This document shows, in pieces, positions 1-12,460 of a stretch of 64,000 nucleotides of DNA. A model generated the notes under the pieces. It did not search any database, was not told the DNA's origin, and saw only the letters and a program-made list of their open reading frames with translations. Origin of the DNA: Octopus vulgaris (taxonomy: Eukaryota); contig OX597840.1 in the NCBI GenBank assembly GCA_951406725.2, positions 13,578,001 to 13,642,000 of the forward strand, read 5' to 3'. Numbering within the stretch: the first letter of the stretch is position 1; the number at the start of each line of letters is the position of its first letter. The position numbers and the translations under genes were made by a program.

Positions 1-190
1 TGTGTCCATAGTTTACACTGGGTACATCTTATGGAGTTTCTACCTACACCTTTTCTACAGCCCTTATTAACCATTCGTCAATCTCCAGTTTCCGCATCGC
101 CCACCAGATAAGGGATTGAGGGCCCCTGTCAAAGGCTTTCTCCAAGTCCACAAAAGCTAAGTATAGGGATTTATCTTTGGCTTTGGCTAG
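1..190 (-). mobile_element. Non-LTR (RTE-like) reverse transcriptase fragment
   Basis: KDKSLYLAFVDLEKAFDR motif. Confidence 0.75.
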
Positions 191-206
191 GTATATATTT
201 ATATAT

Positions 207-241
<35 letters not shown>

Positions 242-394
242 AATATCGAGAGAGAGAGAGATCAGAATTAAAATGTGGTACAGAGAAATTCAAATTCATG
301 TTACGATCATTTCAATAAACAAATTTTTTTTTGTTCAATTATATAAAGACGTAATTGACGCAATATGTGTAAAACAGGTAATAAAATGTCATAC

Positions 395-511
395 CTATAT
401 ACAGGATGCTGGAAACACAGTGCAGCATCTGCTATGAAAACTGATTGGTGAATTTCCGTTACATGTTTGTTTGCTTCATAAGAGGGAAAAGTGAAATTAG
501 GACAACCCAAT
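395..511 (-). CDS. GCLC: GCLC-like coding exon 5 (gene continues beyond the left edge)
   Basis: ttttcctctttcag acceptor; LGCPNFTFPSYEANKHVTEIHQSVFIADAALCFQHPVY; AG|GTATGA donor. 117 nt. Splicing to exon 4 gives the GCLC signature FPRLGCP.FT.P. Confidence 0.9.
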
Positions 512-658
512 CTGAAAGAGGAAAACAAAGTTAAAACTAATGAAAACCAGTTATAATTAATATTTTGTTTTGTTATGGATTTTTATGTAAAACTCCACAT
601 TTTTTGTAAATTTAATGTAATATCTCATTGTTATCATCACCATCATCATCATCGTCAA

Positions 659-709
<51 letters not shown>

Positions 710-937
710 CATTAAGGTGGTGAGTTGGCATAATCGTTAGCACACCGTGCAAAATGCTTAGCTGCATTTCGTCTGTCTTTACGTTCTGAGTTCAAATTCC
801 ACTGAGGTTGACTTTGCCTTTCATTCTTTCGGGGTTGATGATAAAAGACCAGTTATACACTGGTGTCGATGTAATCGACTATCCCCCTCCCCCAAAATGT
901 CAGACCTTGTGCCTATAGTAGAAAAGATTATTATTAC

Positions 938-980
<43 letters not shown>

Positions 981-981
981 G

Positions 982-1470
982 AGTGAGAGAGCAGCACATG
1001 CCAACAAAGTGACTCTGGGGTACAAATATACGAAGCCCAACATACCCATCATCACTACCCGTCTGATAAGAGTACACTAGGCATATGCATCACAACCATA
1101 TGTGCGCGACATGATGATCTCATATCAAGATAAACAGCACATGACCTTGCAGGTGGGGCCCAGTTAGAATTTTCTTCAAGTCAAGTAACCCATCCCACAC
1201 AAAAGGTTCCTGAATAAGGATTGTTTAAGAATGTTGAATGAAACACCCATGTTTTCAGAGGTGAATTATCAAGCCCCAAACAATTCCTCTCAACACATGG
1301 CTATGAAGCTCCTCCACTACTTCTGCTCATGATCAGAGATTCACATATCAGCCACTAAGGGACATGGTCAACTGGTTAAGATCAAACAACTGACAAGCAA
1401 ATCTGTGGTATTGAGTAGAATATTTACTGTATCCCATCTTTTATACCAAGACAAAACAATGTATGCGATA
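982..1470 (-). mobile_element. Interspersed repeat with an (AAT)n tail
   Basis: Segment 1260-1425 recurs inverted at about 26150-26315. Confidence 0.6.
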
Positions 1471-1623
1471 AAAAAAAGCAAAAGAAGAAAAGAAAATCGA
1501 TTGTATATAATTCCTAAATGTTTTAAATGAACATAGATCAACTAGTTTTATGGTGTCGAGTTATGCTGTATTGAGAAGCCCATATAAGAGTGAAATAATT
1601 TCATCTACAGCTACTAGGACACT

Positions 1624-1831
1624 AATGAGATGCAGCACAGAATTTTGTCAGTGAACAGATTGCGGTCTCAAAGCGACGAAAATATTTTGGCAAATTAAAT
1701 TTAAATGTTGAAGTGAATCTGTTTTTGTGTGTTTCTTAAATGGCTTATAAACACTTTCCACGCTGCAATTGTTTTCGTTCCAGCACACGATCTCAGATCA
1801 GGTCACTTGCTATGCAAGTACATCTCAGTAA
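1624..1831. mobile_element. Short insertion flanked by a 12-bp direct repeat
   Basis: tactaggacact at 1612 and 1832; short inverted ends tgagatg/catctca. Confidence 0.55.
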
Positions 1832-2172
1832 TACTAGGACACTCAAAATGAGAGGGGAAAATGAATGATATGGAAATATCATTTCATATGTTCTCTCATT
1901 CATAAGAAAAAGATATCTCATAATAATAATAATAAAGCAAAAAGAAATTATGAACTCTGAGTGGCTCTCTCCCCTTAAAGGGAAACTTCACCTTCCCTTC
2001 TATTTCTTAGTAAACTCTCTTTCTTTCCTTTTCTTACTAAGAAAGCAATTGTAGGTATCAGCACCAACAGTCACCAGTCAAATTGCCCATGAGTATGTTA
2101 GAAAATATACATAAATACATAGTCATAAAAATATACAAAATTGTTTGCACAAATAATCCGTACAAAAAAATT

Positions 2173-2338
2173 TACCATATTTTAACGTGTATAAGGAACC
2201 CCCTAATTTGGGGGGAGAGGCTTCAAATTTGGACATATTTTGTAAAGGATTATTATATTATCCATGTATAAGAAACTTCCATATTTTTAACCTAATTTTT
2301 CACAAAAGAGGGTTCCTTGTACACGTTAAAATATGGTA
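2173..2338. mobile_element. TA-flanked MITE (copies at 54212-54376 and partial at about 37380-37470)
   Basis: TIR taccatattttaacgtgtataaggaaccc / gggttccttgtacacgttaaaatatggta. Confidence 0.8.
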
Positions 2339-2384
2339 CATTAAAAAGGAAATATGTGGCTATTAACTTCAAGATTTCACTTAC

Positions 2385-2450
2385 CTGGGAAAAGCTGTTA
2401 AAGTAACCAGACTTTGGTCTGGGCCCAACAATTGCTTTATTGATTTACGT
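2385..2450 (-). CDS. GCLC: GCLC-like coding exon 4
   Basis: ttttag acceptor; RKSIKQLLGPDQSLVTLTAFP(R); CAG|GTAAGT donor. 66 nt, phase 2-2. Confidence 0.88.
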
Positions 2451-2519
2451 CTAAAATATTAACAAGATGGATTCTTGATATAAGTGTCAGGAAACTGAAC
2501 AAAATAGATTTCATACATT

Positions 2520-2875
2520 GGTACATTTTGGTTATCTCACCCCCATTAAAAATTGGGTTATCTCCCCCAGTTTTATGAGAAATATCCATGTTTGGTTATA
2601 TCCCTCAACTAAGAAAATTTTTTAACCCTCACTAAAAGAAAAAAAAAGAAAAAATTAATAAACATGAAAAGTGTAAAGATGAAACATCTTATTGAATCTG
2701 ATAACAAATCATACCAAGCCTATGGAGGAGACCAATGTGTTGAAGTGTTGAAGCAATAGAATCTAACCCTTTCAATCCAATCTCTTGTCGCCACATAGAC
2801 TCAATTTTTAGTGGGGAGATACCCCAATTTTTTAATGGCGATTTTTTAATGGGGGTGAGATAACAAAACAGTACC
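2520..2875. mobile_element. MITE with an 8-bp TSD (Merlin- or hAT-like)
   Basis: TIR ggtac..ttatctcacccccattaaaaa; TSD catacatt on both sides. Confidence 0.8.
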
Positions 2876-3455
2876 CATACATTTTATAGTCGGAAAGTAA
2901 CAACATAAAACAACAATAAATAGGAAAAACTGATATGCTGTGGTTGTTTAGCTGAAGGTAAGACTAGAAGGAGAAGACCAGGGATAAAAATGTTTCAACC
3001 TGTATAATTTTTGTAAATCATAGGTGATGTTCACCAATGTATCACTCACACTCTATATTTAAGAAATGCCTCAGGGATTTAAAAGTTTGTTTACAACCAC
3101 AAGGTTTTGTGTTCAATACCACTACATGCAACAATCGGAAATTGTTGGTGTCACCTTAACACTTGTCCATAATGGACAAGTGTCAATTATTTATGAAACA
3201 GGGGTCCAGAATATTATAAACCCCTGTTGAGTGGAGCACAATTTGTTTCATGAATAGCACTACTTTGTCATGGAAAAACTGTTGGTGGAAACTGAATAGA
3301 GAACTAACATGCATATATCTATATATCAAGTGATCGACCAGACTATCAGATGCTGTTATACATCACTGGTCCTGATGCACTTGCATCGTTTTACCTTTCG
3401 AATGATGTGACTCCGCTGACTTGGCGAGCAGGCCAATATATAAAGTTTTGTCATA

Positions 3456-4760
3456 TACAAGGTGGTATCAAGAAGCTCCTGGACTTATTCTGTTGTGCAT
3501 CAATAGATGGCAGCACACGGTTGCATGCTCAATAAGAGCTAGCAGTGATCTTCACAAGTCAGTGTGCTGAGTGACATCGCTGTGTTTACTTTGCAAGTTG
3601 TGAAATTTGTGTTTTTTACGATCATGTGCATACTGTGGTCTGCAATTTTTGTCTTGGACTGGAAGTTGGAACAAAGAGCCAACATGAAATTTTGTGTTAA
3701 ACTTGGGAAGACTGCTGCAAAGACATTGAGCATGCTTCAGCAATATTACAGAGACGACGCAATGGGTTGTATGCAATGTTTTGAGGGGCATGAGAGCTTC
3801 AAAAGTAGAAAAACGTCCCTGGAAGACAATGAGTGATCTGGAAGACCTGCCATGAGCGTCAGTCCTGAAAATGTGGTATTGTGCACCGAGAATTCATCCT
3901 CAAGGACCAGACTATAAATCAAGAGTTCTACTGCGATGTTTTGAAGTATTTGAGGGAGAACATTTGGTAAAAGCGACTGGATCTGTGGAGCACGAAGAAT
4001 TAGATTCTTCGTGATGACAATGCACCCTGTCACCAAGCTCTCCTCAGTCGTGAATTTCTCACCAAAAGCAACATGGTAACACTTCCATATCCGCCCTATT
4101 CACCAGATTTATCTCCTGCAGCTTCTATCTCCTCCCCAAGATGAAAATGCATCTCAAACCATCATCATCATCGTTAAACGTCCGCTTTCCATGCTAGCAT
4201 GGGTTCGACGATTTGACTGAGAACTAGCAAACCAGATGGCTGCACCAGGTTCCAATCTGATTTGGCAATGTTTCTACGGCTGGATGCCCTTCCTAACGCC
4301 AACCACTCCAAGAGTGTAGTGGGTGCTTTTACTTGCCACCAGCACGAGGGTGAGTCAGGCGGCACTGGCAACAGCCACGCTCAAATGGTATTTTTTACGT
4401 GCCACCTGCACAGGAGCCAGTCCAGCGGCACTGGCAACAACCTCGCTCCAATGTTTTTTCACGTGCCACCAGCACAAGTGCCAGTAAGGCGACGCTGGTA
4501 ACGATCACGCTTGAATGGTGCTCTTTACGTGCCACCGACATGGAAGCCAGTTGGCTGCTCTGGTCATTGTTTTTACACTGTTGTTGAGATCAAGAACGAA
4601 TTGCAGAAAGTCCTCGACTTGCTTACGGAAAACAACTTCCAGGCCAGATTCCAAAAGTGGGACCGGTGTATTGGTGTACAATTTTGAAGGAGATGATATT
4701 AAAATTTAGGTAAATAAGTTATTTCTTGTTAATATAAGAAGTCCGGGAACATTTTGTTTA
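3456..4760 (+). mobile_element. Decayed mariner transposon with a SINE inserted at about 4160-4560
   Basis: EQRANMKFCVKLGKTA HTH region; DNAPCH and HPPYSPDL-like motifs in shifted frames. Confidence 0.8.
4160..4560 (-). mobile_element. SINE family C ((GAT)n tail, internal gtgccacc repeats)
   Basis: Also at 6150-6420 (+), 28940-29160 (-), 34020-34330 (+) and 47960-48290 (-). Confidence 0.85.
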
Positions 4761-5100
4761 CGTATATCTTTATTGATTTTCATGTTAAATATTTCGAATC
4801 GATTGTTTGTTGTAATTGTTTTTGTCATTGCTGTCCATGTTGGTGGATCAATAATCAATATCCTTCACGGTCCATGTTGGTGGATCAATAATCAATATCC
4901 TTCACGATCTGCTATAAGTAGCAGTTCAACAGAACCATTGCATTCAACACACACTGTACCTTCTTTTACAAAGAATTAGAGCATGTAGTAGTGGGGGTAC
5001 CATGTGTTTTAGAAAAAATATGCAGTGGTCACAGCTGGAATGGATTTACTCTGTCAATTTGCTATTTTCTTTAACTCTGCCTCATAAATATTGTTTAACT

Positions 5101-5136
<36 letters not shown>

Positions 5137-5294
5137 TGTGTGTGTATGTGTGTGTGTGTGTGTGTCTTGTGTCTCGGGTGTGGTTAGTTCAGGTTGACTT
5201 GCTACAGCTCCGTTAACAATGCCACATAATAGGATTATAATCAAACGTCGTGTCTGTGTTTATATATATATGTATATGTATATATATATGTATG

Positions 5295-5388
<94 letters not shown>

Positions 5389-6435
5389 TGCAGGAGTGGC
5401 TGTGTGATGAGAAGTTTGCTTGCCAACCACATGGTTCCAAGTTCAGTGACACTTGGGTGTCTTCTATAGCCTCAGGCCAACCAAAGCCTTGTGATTGGAT
5501 TTGGTAGACAGAAACTGAAAGAAGCCCGTCGTATATATGTATATATATACATATATATATAGGAAACCAAAAGTGTATGCACACTGTTATATGTATATAT
5601 ATATATATATAAAAAAGCAAATATGGAACAAGAATGTAATAAATGACAACAAAACATCCAGACAGTTAGACAATACAAAAAAAAACACCGGAAAAAACAA
5701 AGAAGAGGTCATTCAGAACTTTCTATCGTCAGTCTAGTTCCTGATCATCATTGCAGTTTTGGCCGGTTACACTCCAGACTTCTCTAATCTGGGTGGCCCC
5801 AAGAAAATCTAAGCTAAGAGCACTAGATTCTTTGGAAGAAAGCAAACGAATGTATATGTAAACAAGGACAAAAAAAAAACAGGGAAATGATACACAATTA
5901 CAAATACAAACAAGACATTAATAACACACACACACACCATCGCTTGACAACCGATGTTGGTGTGTTTACATCCCCGTAATTTAGCAGGGTCCTTTCTCTA
6001 TGTTAACTTGTCCTGTTTTCCATTTTTGTCTCATTCTTTACGTATTTCACTTGTTTTTCCCTTGTTTGTTTATGTATTTCATGTTATTTGCACCGTTGGT
6101 GACGTCCTGTACCCATATATGCATACATACATACATATATATATATATATCGTCTGGCACCTGTGTCGGTGGCACATAAAAAACACCATCCAAGCGTGGC
6201 CGTTCACCAGCCTCGTCTGGCACCTGTGTCGGTGGCACATAAAATCACCCACTACACTCTCGGAGTGGTTGGCGTTAGGAAGGGCATCCAGCTGTGGAAA
6301 CACTGCCAGATCTGACTGGCCTGGTGCAGTCTTCGGGCTTCCCAGACCCCAGTTGAACCGTCCAACCCATGCTAGCATGGAAAGCGGACGTTAAGCGATG
6401 ATGATGATGATGATGATGATATATATATATATCAA

Positions 6436-6928
6436 CTAATAAGGGTGAGAAAATTGGATACTAATTTAATAGTACATCCATTTAACACCAAGTGGCTTAG
6501 TGCATAAAAACCCGGATTACGATAAATTTTTACATAAATATAAGAGAATAACCACCATGTGGTCTACTCTAACACTAAAAATAGATCCGCTAGGTTTCAG
6601 CCACAAAAGAATTCACCATAACGATAAACACACGTGCGGTCCAGTTGATTGCATTCGCTGTTATAAGGTCGAGTAAATTGTATTCTGGACGGGTTCGGCT
6701 GAAGAGCTAGAGATATATGTTATGTGAGTAAAATTACATAATTTATTAATAGCGAAACAATTGTCCTGAACTAATCTGCATTTTTGTTATGTTTATTTGC
6801 CCTGTTCGTTTGCGCTAGTAGTCGTGCTAACTTTCATCGGAAACAATTCTTTTGTGGCTGAAACCTAGCGGATCTATTTTTAGTGCTAGAGTAGACCACG
6901 TGGTGGTTACTCTCTTATATTTATGTAT
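6436..6928. mobile_element. Fold-back, hammerhead-bearing non-autonomous element (arms about 6531-6613 / 6845-6928)
   Basis: Inverted arms, (TA)n flanks; homologous to 19610-19980. Confidence 0.7.
6693..6771 (+). ncRNA. Type I hammerhead ribozyme with extended stem II
   Basis: gttcgg-CTGAAGA-gcta..(ttatgtga/ttacataa)..tagc-GAAAC-aatt-GTC-ctgaac. Full core, 6-bp stem I, palindromic stem III; predicted cut after C6765. Confidence 0.85.
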
Positions 6929-7474
6929 ATATATATATATATAATAAATTAGAGATAAAACCACTATTAGGCAAATCAGTGAAAAACATAAACCAAAACA
7001 TAAAAATAAAAATAATTAGTATAAAATATATATATGTGTGTGCATATACATATATGTATATATATGTATATGTATATGTATGTATATATATATGTATATG
7101 TGTATATATATATGTATATATATATGTATATGTGTATATATATATGTATATATATATATATATCAACACTATGACGAACCTTTGTTCTCAGCCGCCTGGA
7201 CTACTATTCCCAGTTATGGTCACCACATAGTACCAAGTGGAGTTTGAAGCAGTCCAACGCCACTACACTAAAAAGATTATATATTTATATATATGTATAT
7301 ATTTATATATGTATATACACACATATATATACACACATATATATATACATATATATATATATAGACATATATATGTGTATGTATATATATATATACATAT
7401 ACATTTATATGTATGTGTATATAAATATATATGTATATATATATGTGAGTGTATATACATATATAAATATATAC

Positions 7475-7567
<93 letters not shown>

Positions 7568-7573
7568 TATAAA

Positions 7574-8056
7574 CTTTTTAGTGTAGTGGCATTGGACTGC
7601 TTCAAGCTCCACTTGGTACTATGTGGTGACCATAACTGGTAGAAGTAGTCCAAGTGGCTGAGAACAAAGGTTTGTCATAGTGTTGACATAGTTTCTTGGT
7701 TTCTTGTCTTGAAGGACTTCAGTGTCCATCCTTCTAGCTGTCTGCAATTTGCTACCATCTTGATAATCTGCATATGAAATGATGCATCATTGAACATACT
7801 GATCTCCAAGTCTTTCACTGCATGTGACTCTGCAATTTCAGTGCCTTCAGGTCCTGTATATGTAGACTGTAGTGTATTCATGAGTTGATAGCACTGTGCT
7901 TGAAATTTTCCAGCATTAAACTGCATGTTGTTTACTTTGGCCCACTTGTATATCGAATTCAGGTCCTGCTGTAAGCTTGCGACGTCATTGCCTGTGATAA
8001 TCTTGTATTATCGATATAGCTAGTGACAGTGACTGTCCGAGTATTCGTGGGCATGT
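7574..8056 (-). mobile_element. CR1/L2-type LINE RT fragment, with its end duplicated in inverted orientation at 7162-7275
   Basis: LQQDLNSIYKWAKVNNMQFNAGKF...VKDLEI...LDY..QLWSPH. The inverted copy lies across a (TA)n tract. Confidence 0.78.
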
Positions 8057-8530
8057 ATAACCCTTAAGCATTTAATCCGGCCATATCTGGCCCAAATATT
8101 CCACCTGTTTTATGTTAAAACTGTCTGGATCCAACCTCTCACACCAACCCTACAGTGTCATTCTAAAATATATAGCCACACCATTTAAATTTTGAAGTTG
8201 CAAAATAATATGTGATTAATTCAAAACAGTATGGATAAATAAGCAATAAATTTCACAAAGAAATCTGAATGCTAAGGGATTAAGAGGGCTATTAGGAACA
8301 GTAATGGCCCCAGAACAGTTTCCTGAGGGCTTTCACTTCAATTATTGTGTATCAGTGAAAATTTATAGTTGTAGTTGTCTTCTGACTTCTACTTTTAGCG
8401 TGCCAGTGCTATCTGTAGTAATCTTAATTATTAATTAATAATTTTTTACCTCATGGTATTTTCTCACACATGCTATGCCACTTGATATTATTGTAAACAA
8501 TAATATCCTTTAATATATATATATATAGAT

Positions 8531-8930
8531 AGGCGTAGGAGTGGCTGTGTGGTAAGTAGCTTGCTTACCAACCACATGGTTCCGGGTTCAGTCCCACTGC
8601 GTGGCACCTTGGGCAAGTGTCTTCTACTATAGCCTCGGGCCGACCAAAGCCTTGTGAGTGGATTTGGTAGATGGAAACTGAAAGAAGCCCGTCGTATATA
8701 TATGTATATATATGTTTGTGTGTCTGTGTTTGTCCCCCTAGCATTGCTTGACAACCGATGCTGGTATGTTTACGTCCCCGTAACTTAACGATTCGGCAAA
8801 AGAGACCGATAGAATAAGTACTAGGCTTACAAAGAATAAGTCCTGGTGTCGATTTGCTCGACTAAAAAGGTGGTGCTCCAGCATGGCCACAGTCAAATGA
8901 CTGAAACAAGTAAAAGAGTAAAGAGTAAGA
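8531..8930 (+). mobile_element. tRNA-derived SINE family A, full length
   Basis: Head ggagtggctgtgtggtaag...ggttcagtccc, internal (TA)n, tail gaaacaagtaaaagagta. At least 15 copies: + 5386, 18348, 38466, 43378, 44376; - 16549, 17170/17785, 24362, 31763, 36216, 36700, 45135, 46108, 50775, 55365, 61718. Confidence 0.9.
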
Positions 8931-9121
8931 GTATACATAGAAAGAGAAAAGATGAAAAAAACACAGAAGATTGGTTTTACAGGATTAAGAAATATATTAG
9001 AGTCATAATAATAAAGATATACAATTATATATCCAACATCAGGACATAAACAAAAAATGAATAAAATATCAAATATTTTTGTATAAATGTAAATAAAGTA
9101 AATTCAAAATATTATGGTTAC

Positions 9122-9229
9122 CTTTCTTTAAAATGTTCTTCTGTATGATTCAAATCAGTAATGGAACAACCAAAAGGGTTCCTGGGTTTGCCTTCCATCA
9201 TGTATTCGGTATACTCTGGAGTCCATAGG
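9122..9229 (-). CDS. GCLC: GCLC-like coding exon 3
   Basis: (S)LWTPEYTEYMMEGKPRNPFGCSITDLNHTEEHFKE(R), 108 nt, phase 2-2. Matches [20 protein letters not shown]. Donor AG|GTAA; weak AAG acceptor, forced by an in-frame TAA immediately upstream. Confidence 0.88.
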
Positions 9230-9479
9230 CTTTAGTATTTTGGTTTTAAAAAAGAGAAATTTTGTTTAACAAACTGAAAACAAAGCTTTTAGAAACGAAT
9301 CACAATTTTCAAATGTGTGTTGAGAGATCAGGTTCAGTACAAAGTAAGCAACGTTTTGAACTATGAAGAATTTGTACTGGATTTTTGCAGCGTTTTGAAT
9401 ATTTTTAAACATTTTTTTGAAGTCGACTGATAATACACACAAAGACCTGCCCAAATGCATCAATAAATTAACATTGATA

Positions 9480-9690
9480 TTTTTTTTCACCTGTGTTACA
9501 ATCATCTGAAATAAAACTGTCAAAGCGCGATATTCAAGCAATTTTGCTATTCAACATCAAAAAAAGATGTAAAGCAGCTGAAACTGCTTGCGATATCAAT
9601 GAAATGTTTGGTGAGGAAATGACCAGTGAGGGGTCAGCTCAAATTCACAACAGAGACCTGATCCTTGAAGATTGCAAGCGTAGTGGAGGC
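9480..9690 (+). mobile_element. Mariner N-terminal fragment
   Basis: IQAILLFNIKKRCKAAETACDINEMFG (mariner HTH-like). Confidence 0.65.
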
Positions 9691-10283
9691 TAAGCATTTT
9701 GCCCAGTGTGTTAACGATTCTGCCAATTCACCACCTTTAGCCTTATTATAATGGCTACTAATTGAGGCAGAAAACCAGCAGTTTTGAAGGGAGGAGATTA
9801 GTTGATATCATCAGACTCAGTATATAACTGGTACTTTATTGACCTCAAAAGGATGAAAAGCAGCGCTGACCTCCATAGGAATTGAACTCATAATGTAAAG
9901 AGTTGAAACACACAAAGTATTTTTTCCAATGTATTAACGATGCTGCCAACTCCCTGAATATACAATGAATTCTAATTTAAGCACAAGGTCAGCAATTTAA
10001 GAGGTGGGAGTTATTTGATACCACTAATCCCAGAACTTGATTGGTAATTTGTTATATCGACCCCTGGAGGGATAACAGGTAAAGTTGACCTCAGACTGAA
10101 TCTTTTAATATAATACAGATAACTGTATGGCTGAAGCAACTACTAAGATGACATTCCATGTTTGAACCCTATTAAACATTAAATCCAACGAGTTGAGAAA
10201 GAAAAGAAAAACAGGTTCCAATGATGTGAGTCAAACTACACATCTTTCTCTCTCTCTTTCTTGTCCTCTCTTACCCTCTCTCC

Positions 10284-10795
10284 TCCACCACCACCACCAC
10301 CACCACCACCTAGTCAGGTGTCGCACTATGCAATGCTGTGGTCATCACTCTGTCTTGCCACCTTCTCCTGTCCTCCACCCCAGGGACAGCTGAGAATAAA
10401 GACAATCCTGTGGCTGTGATGTCTTTCAGCCAAGAAGTGGGTGGTCAGCCTCTTTTACGTCTGCCGTTCACCTTGCTAGTTACGATCGTTTGCTCAAGTC
10501 CATCCCGGTGCATGACGTGGTCAAAGAACCATAGCTTCCGCTTCATGATGTTTCGCCAAAGCGTCATCTCACAACCGAGCTTTTCTAGTACCTAGTTGTT
10601 TGTTCTTCTCTCCGTCCACGACACTCTAAGGATTCTGCAGTAACACCACATTTCAAAAGCACTCACTCTTTTCTTGTCTGCCTTCAACATTGTCCACGAC
10701 TTGCAGCCGTACGTCGCAATAGAGAAAGCAGCAGCCCAAAGTAGCCTTATCTTTCAGCGTTGATATGTCACAACTCTTCCAGATGTTCTCCATAT
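10284..10795 (-). mobile_element. RTE-clade LINE 3' remnant
   Basis: AFEMWCYCRILRVSWTERRTN...GRRKRG with stops; (GGT)n tail. Confidence 0.8.
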
Positions 10796-10837
10796 CTCAA
10801 GGATTATAGAAAAATTGGTCCACAGAATTAAACTCAC

Positions 10838-10944
10838 CTTGATTCTGATCCCTTCACTTCTGGAGATTCAAGTAAAGACATGGAATTCAACAGTAACTGG
10901 ACAACTCGTTTTTCATGGTCAAATTGTATTAACGAATATTCAAT
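10838..10944 (-). CDS. GCLC: GCLC-like coding exon 2
   Basis: tttttag acceptor; IEYSLIQFDHEKRVVQLLLNSMSLLESPEVKGSES; AG|GTGAGT donor. 107 nt, phase 0 to 2. Matches VEYMLVSFDHENKKVRLVL. Confidence 0.9.
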
Positions 10945-11163
10945 CTAAAAAAGATATCAAACCAGTTATTTCTAAATATCAATTAAATCAGACGTGTTAA
11001 ACACATTTGACTTTCCAGCCCAGATATAGACAATTATTTCTTAAAAACCACATTCATTATGTAGATCAGAGTAAGTAGATAAATTGGTGTGCAGAGATGT
11101 ATGTGAAAAACTAATCCACATTATATATGGGTGTATGTATGTATAGACAGACAGACAGGTAAT

Positions 11164-11262
<99 letters not shown>

Positions 11263-11329
11263 GTAGATAGATAGATAGATAGATAGATAGGTAGATAGAT
11301 TGATAGATAAATAGATAGATGGATAGTTA

Positions 11330-11365
<36 letters not shown>

Positions 11366-11500
11366 GACAGATAGGTAGGTAGGTAGATAGATAGATAGAT
11401 AGATAGTTAGATAGACAGACAGACAGATAGATAGATAGATAGATAGATAGACAGAAAGACAGACAGACAGAAGGATAGATAGATAGACAGACAGACAGAC

Positions 11501-11555
<55 letters not shown>

Positions 11556-11643
11556 TAGATAGATAGATAGATAGATAGATAGGTAGGTAGGTAGGTAGGT
11601 CGGTAGGTAGATAGACAGACAGGCAGACAGATAGATAGATAGG

Positions 11644-11675
<32 letters not shown>

Positions 11676-11723
11676 TAAATAGATAGATAGGTAGGTAGGT
11701 AGGTAGGTAGGTAGGTAGGTAGG

Positions 11724-11760
<37 letters not shown>
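11164..11760. repeat. Compound (GATA/GACA/GGTA)n microsatellite
   Basis: Direct inspection. Confidence 0.97.
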
Positions 11761-11761
<1 letters not shown>

Positions 11762-11812
11762 TCATCAGCAAATCATAAGTTCAAAAGACAAGTTACAAAG
11801 CAATAATAGAGT

Positions 11813-11993
11813 AATTAGATAAAGATAGTTATGACCAGTCTATGGGCTCTGTCCTAGGTTTCACGTCCACGAAGAGCTTAGCTTTACGGTGTTACGTCAG
11901 ACCCTGGCCATTAGGATCTGAAGAAACACCATAAAGCTAAGCGCTTTATGGACATGAAACCCAGGGTAAGCCCATGACTATCTTTATCCAATT
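11813..11993. repeat. About 180-bp hairpin with a hammerhead-like core on the + arm
   Basis: Arms are reverse-complementary; CTGAAGA(11918)..ccataaagc/gctttatgg..GAAACCCAGGGTA(11968). Confidence 0.7.
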
Positions 11994-12162
11994 TTGTGTG
12001 TGTGTGTGTGTGTGATTATTCAGTTTTATTTCAAGATTTGTTGCCATAAGAGAAAGAGCCGGTTTCTAACCTAGATCCAAGGTTCTTTTATTGGAATTTT
12101 AAATAATAGACCTGCTCGTTGTTCCTACACCTGTGTTCGTCTTTTGTTTTTGGTATTTAAAT

Positions 12163-12205
<43 letters not shown>

Positions 12206-12428
12206 GCACACGAGCAAGGGGCTGAAATGTTCCTGGCTTTGGGGGTCAAGGAAAATACAAAAGGATCAGTTAATTATGAATTTATTCAGCTTTCTGTCTC
12301 AGATTCACACACTTACTGCAGTGGTCCAGCAGTTTTTCTAATACCTGTAAAAGGGCTCAAAAGTTGGCCTTCCAACTGGCCTTTCACAACACCCTTAAAG
12401 CCAAGAGCCTTTCACACCCTCTCATGTA

Positions 12429-12459
<31 letters not shown>

Positions 12460-12460
<1 letters not shown>

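Noticed and set aside
4834-4908. 37-bp exact tandem duplication
   Set aside because: Two copies only; ordinary slippage duplication.
8488-8754. Recurrent ORFs RRASFSFRLPNPLTRLWSARGYSRRHLPK
   Set aside because: Translations of SINE family A, not a protein family.
11163-11771. 202-aa ORF and other YI/IY/CV-rich ORFs (5213, 7237, 24401 and similar)
   Set aside because: Translations of microsatellites.
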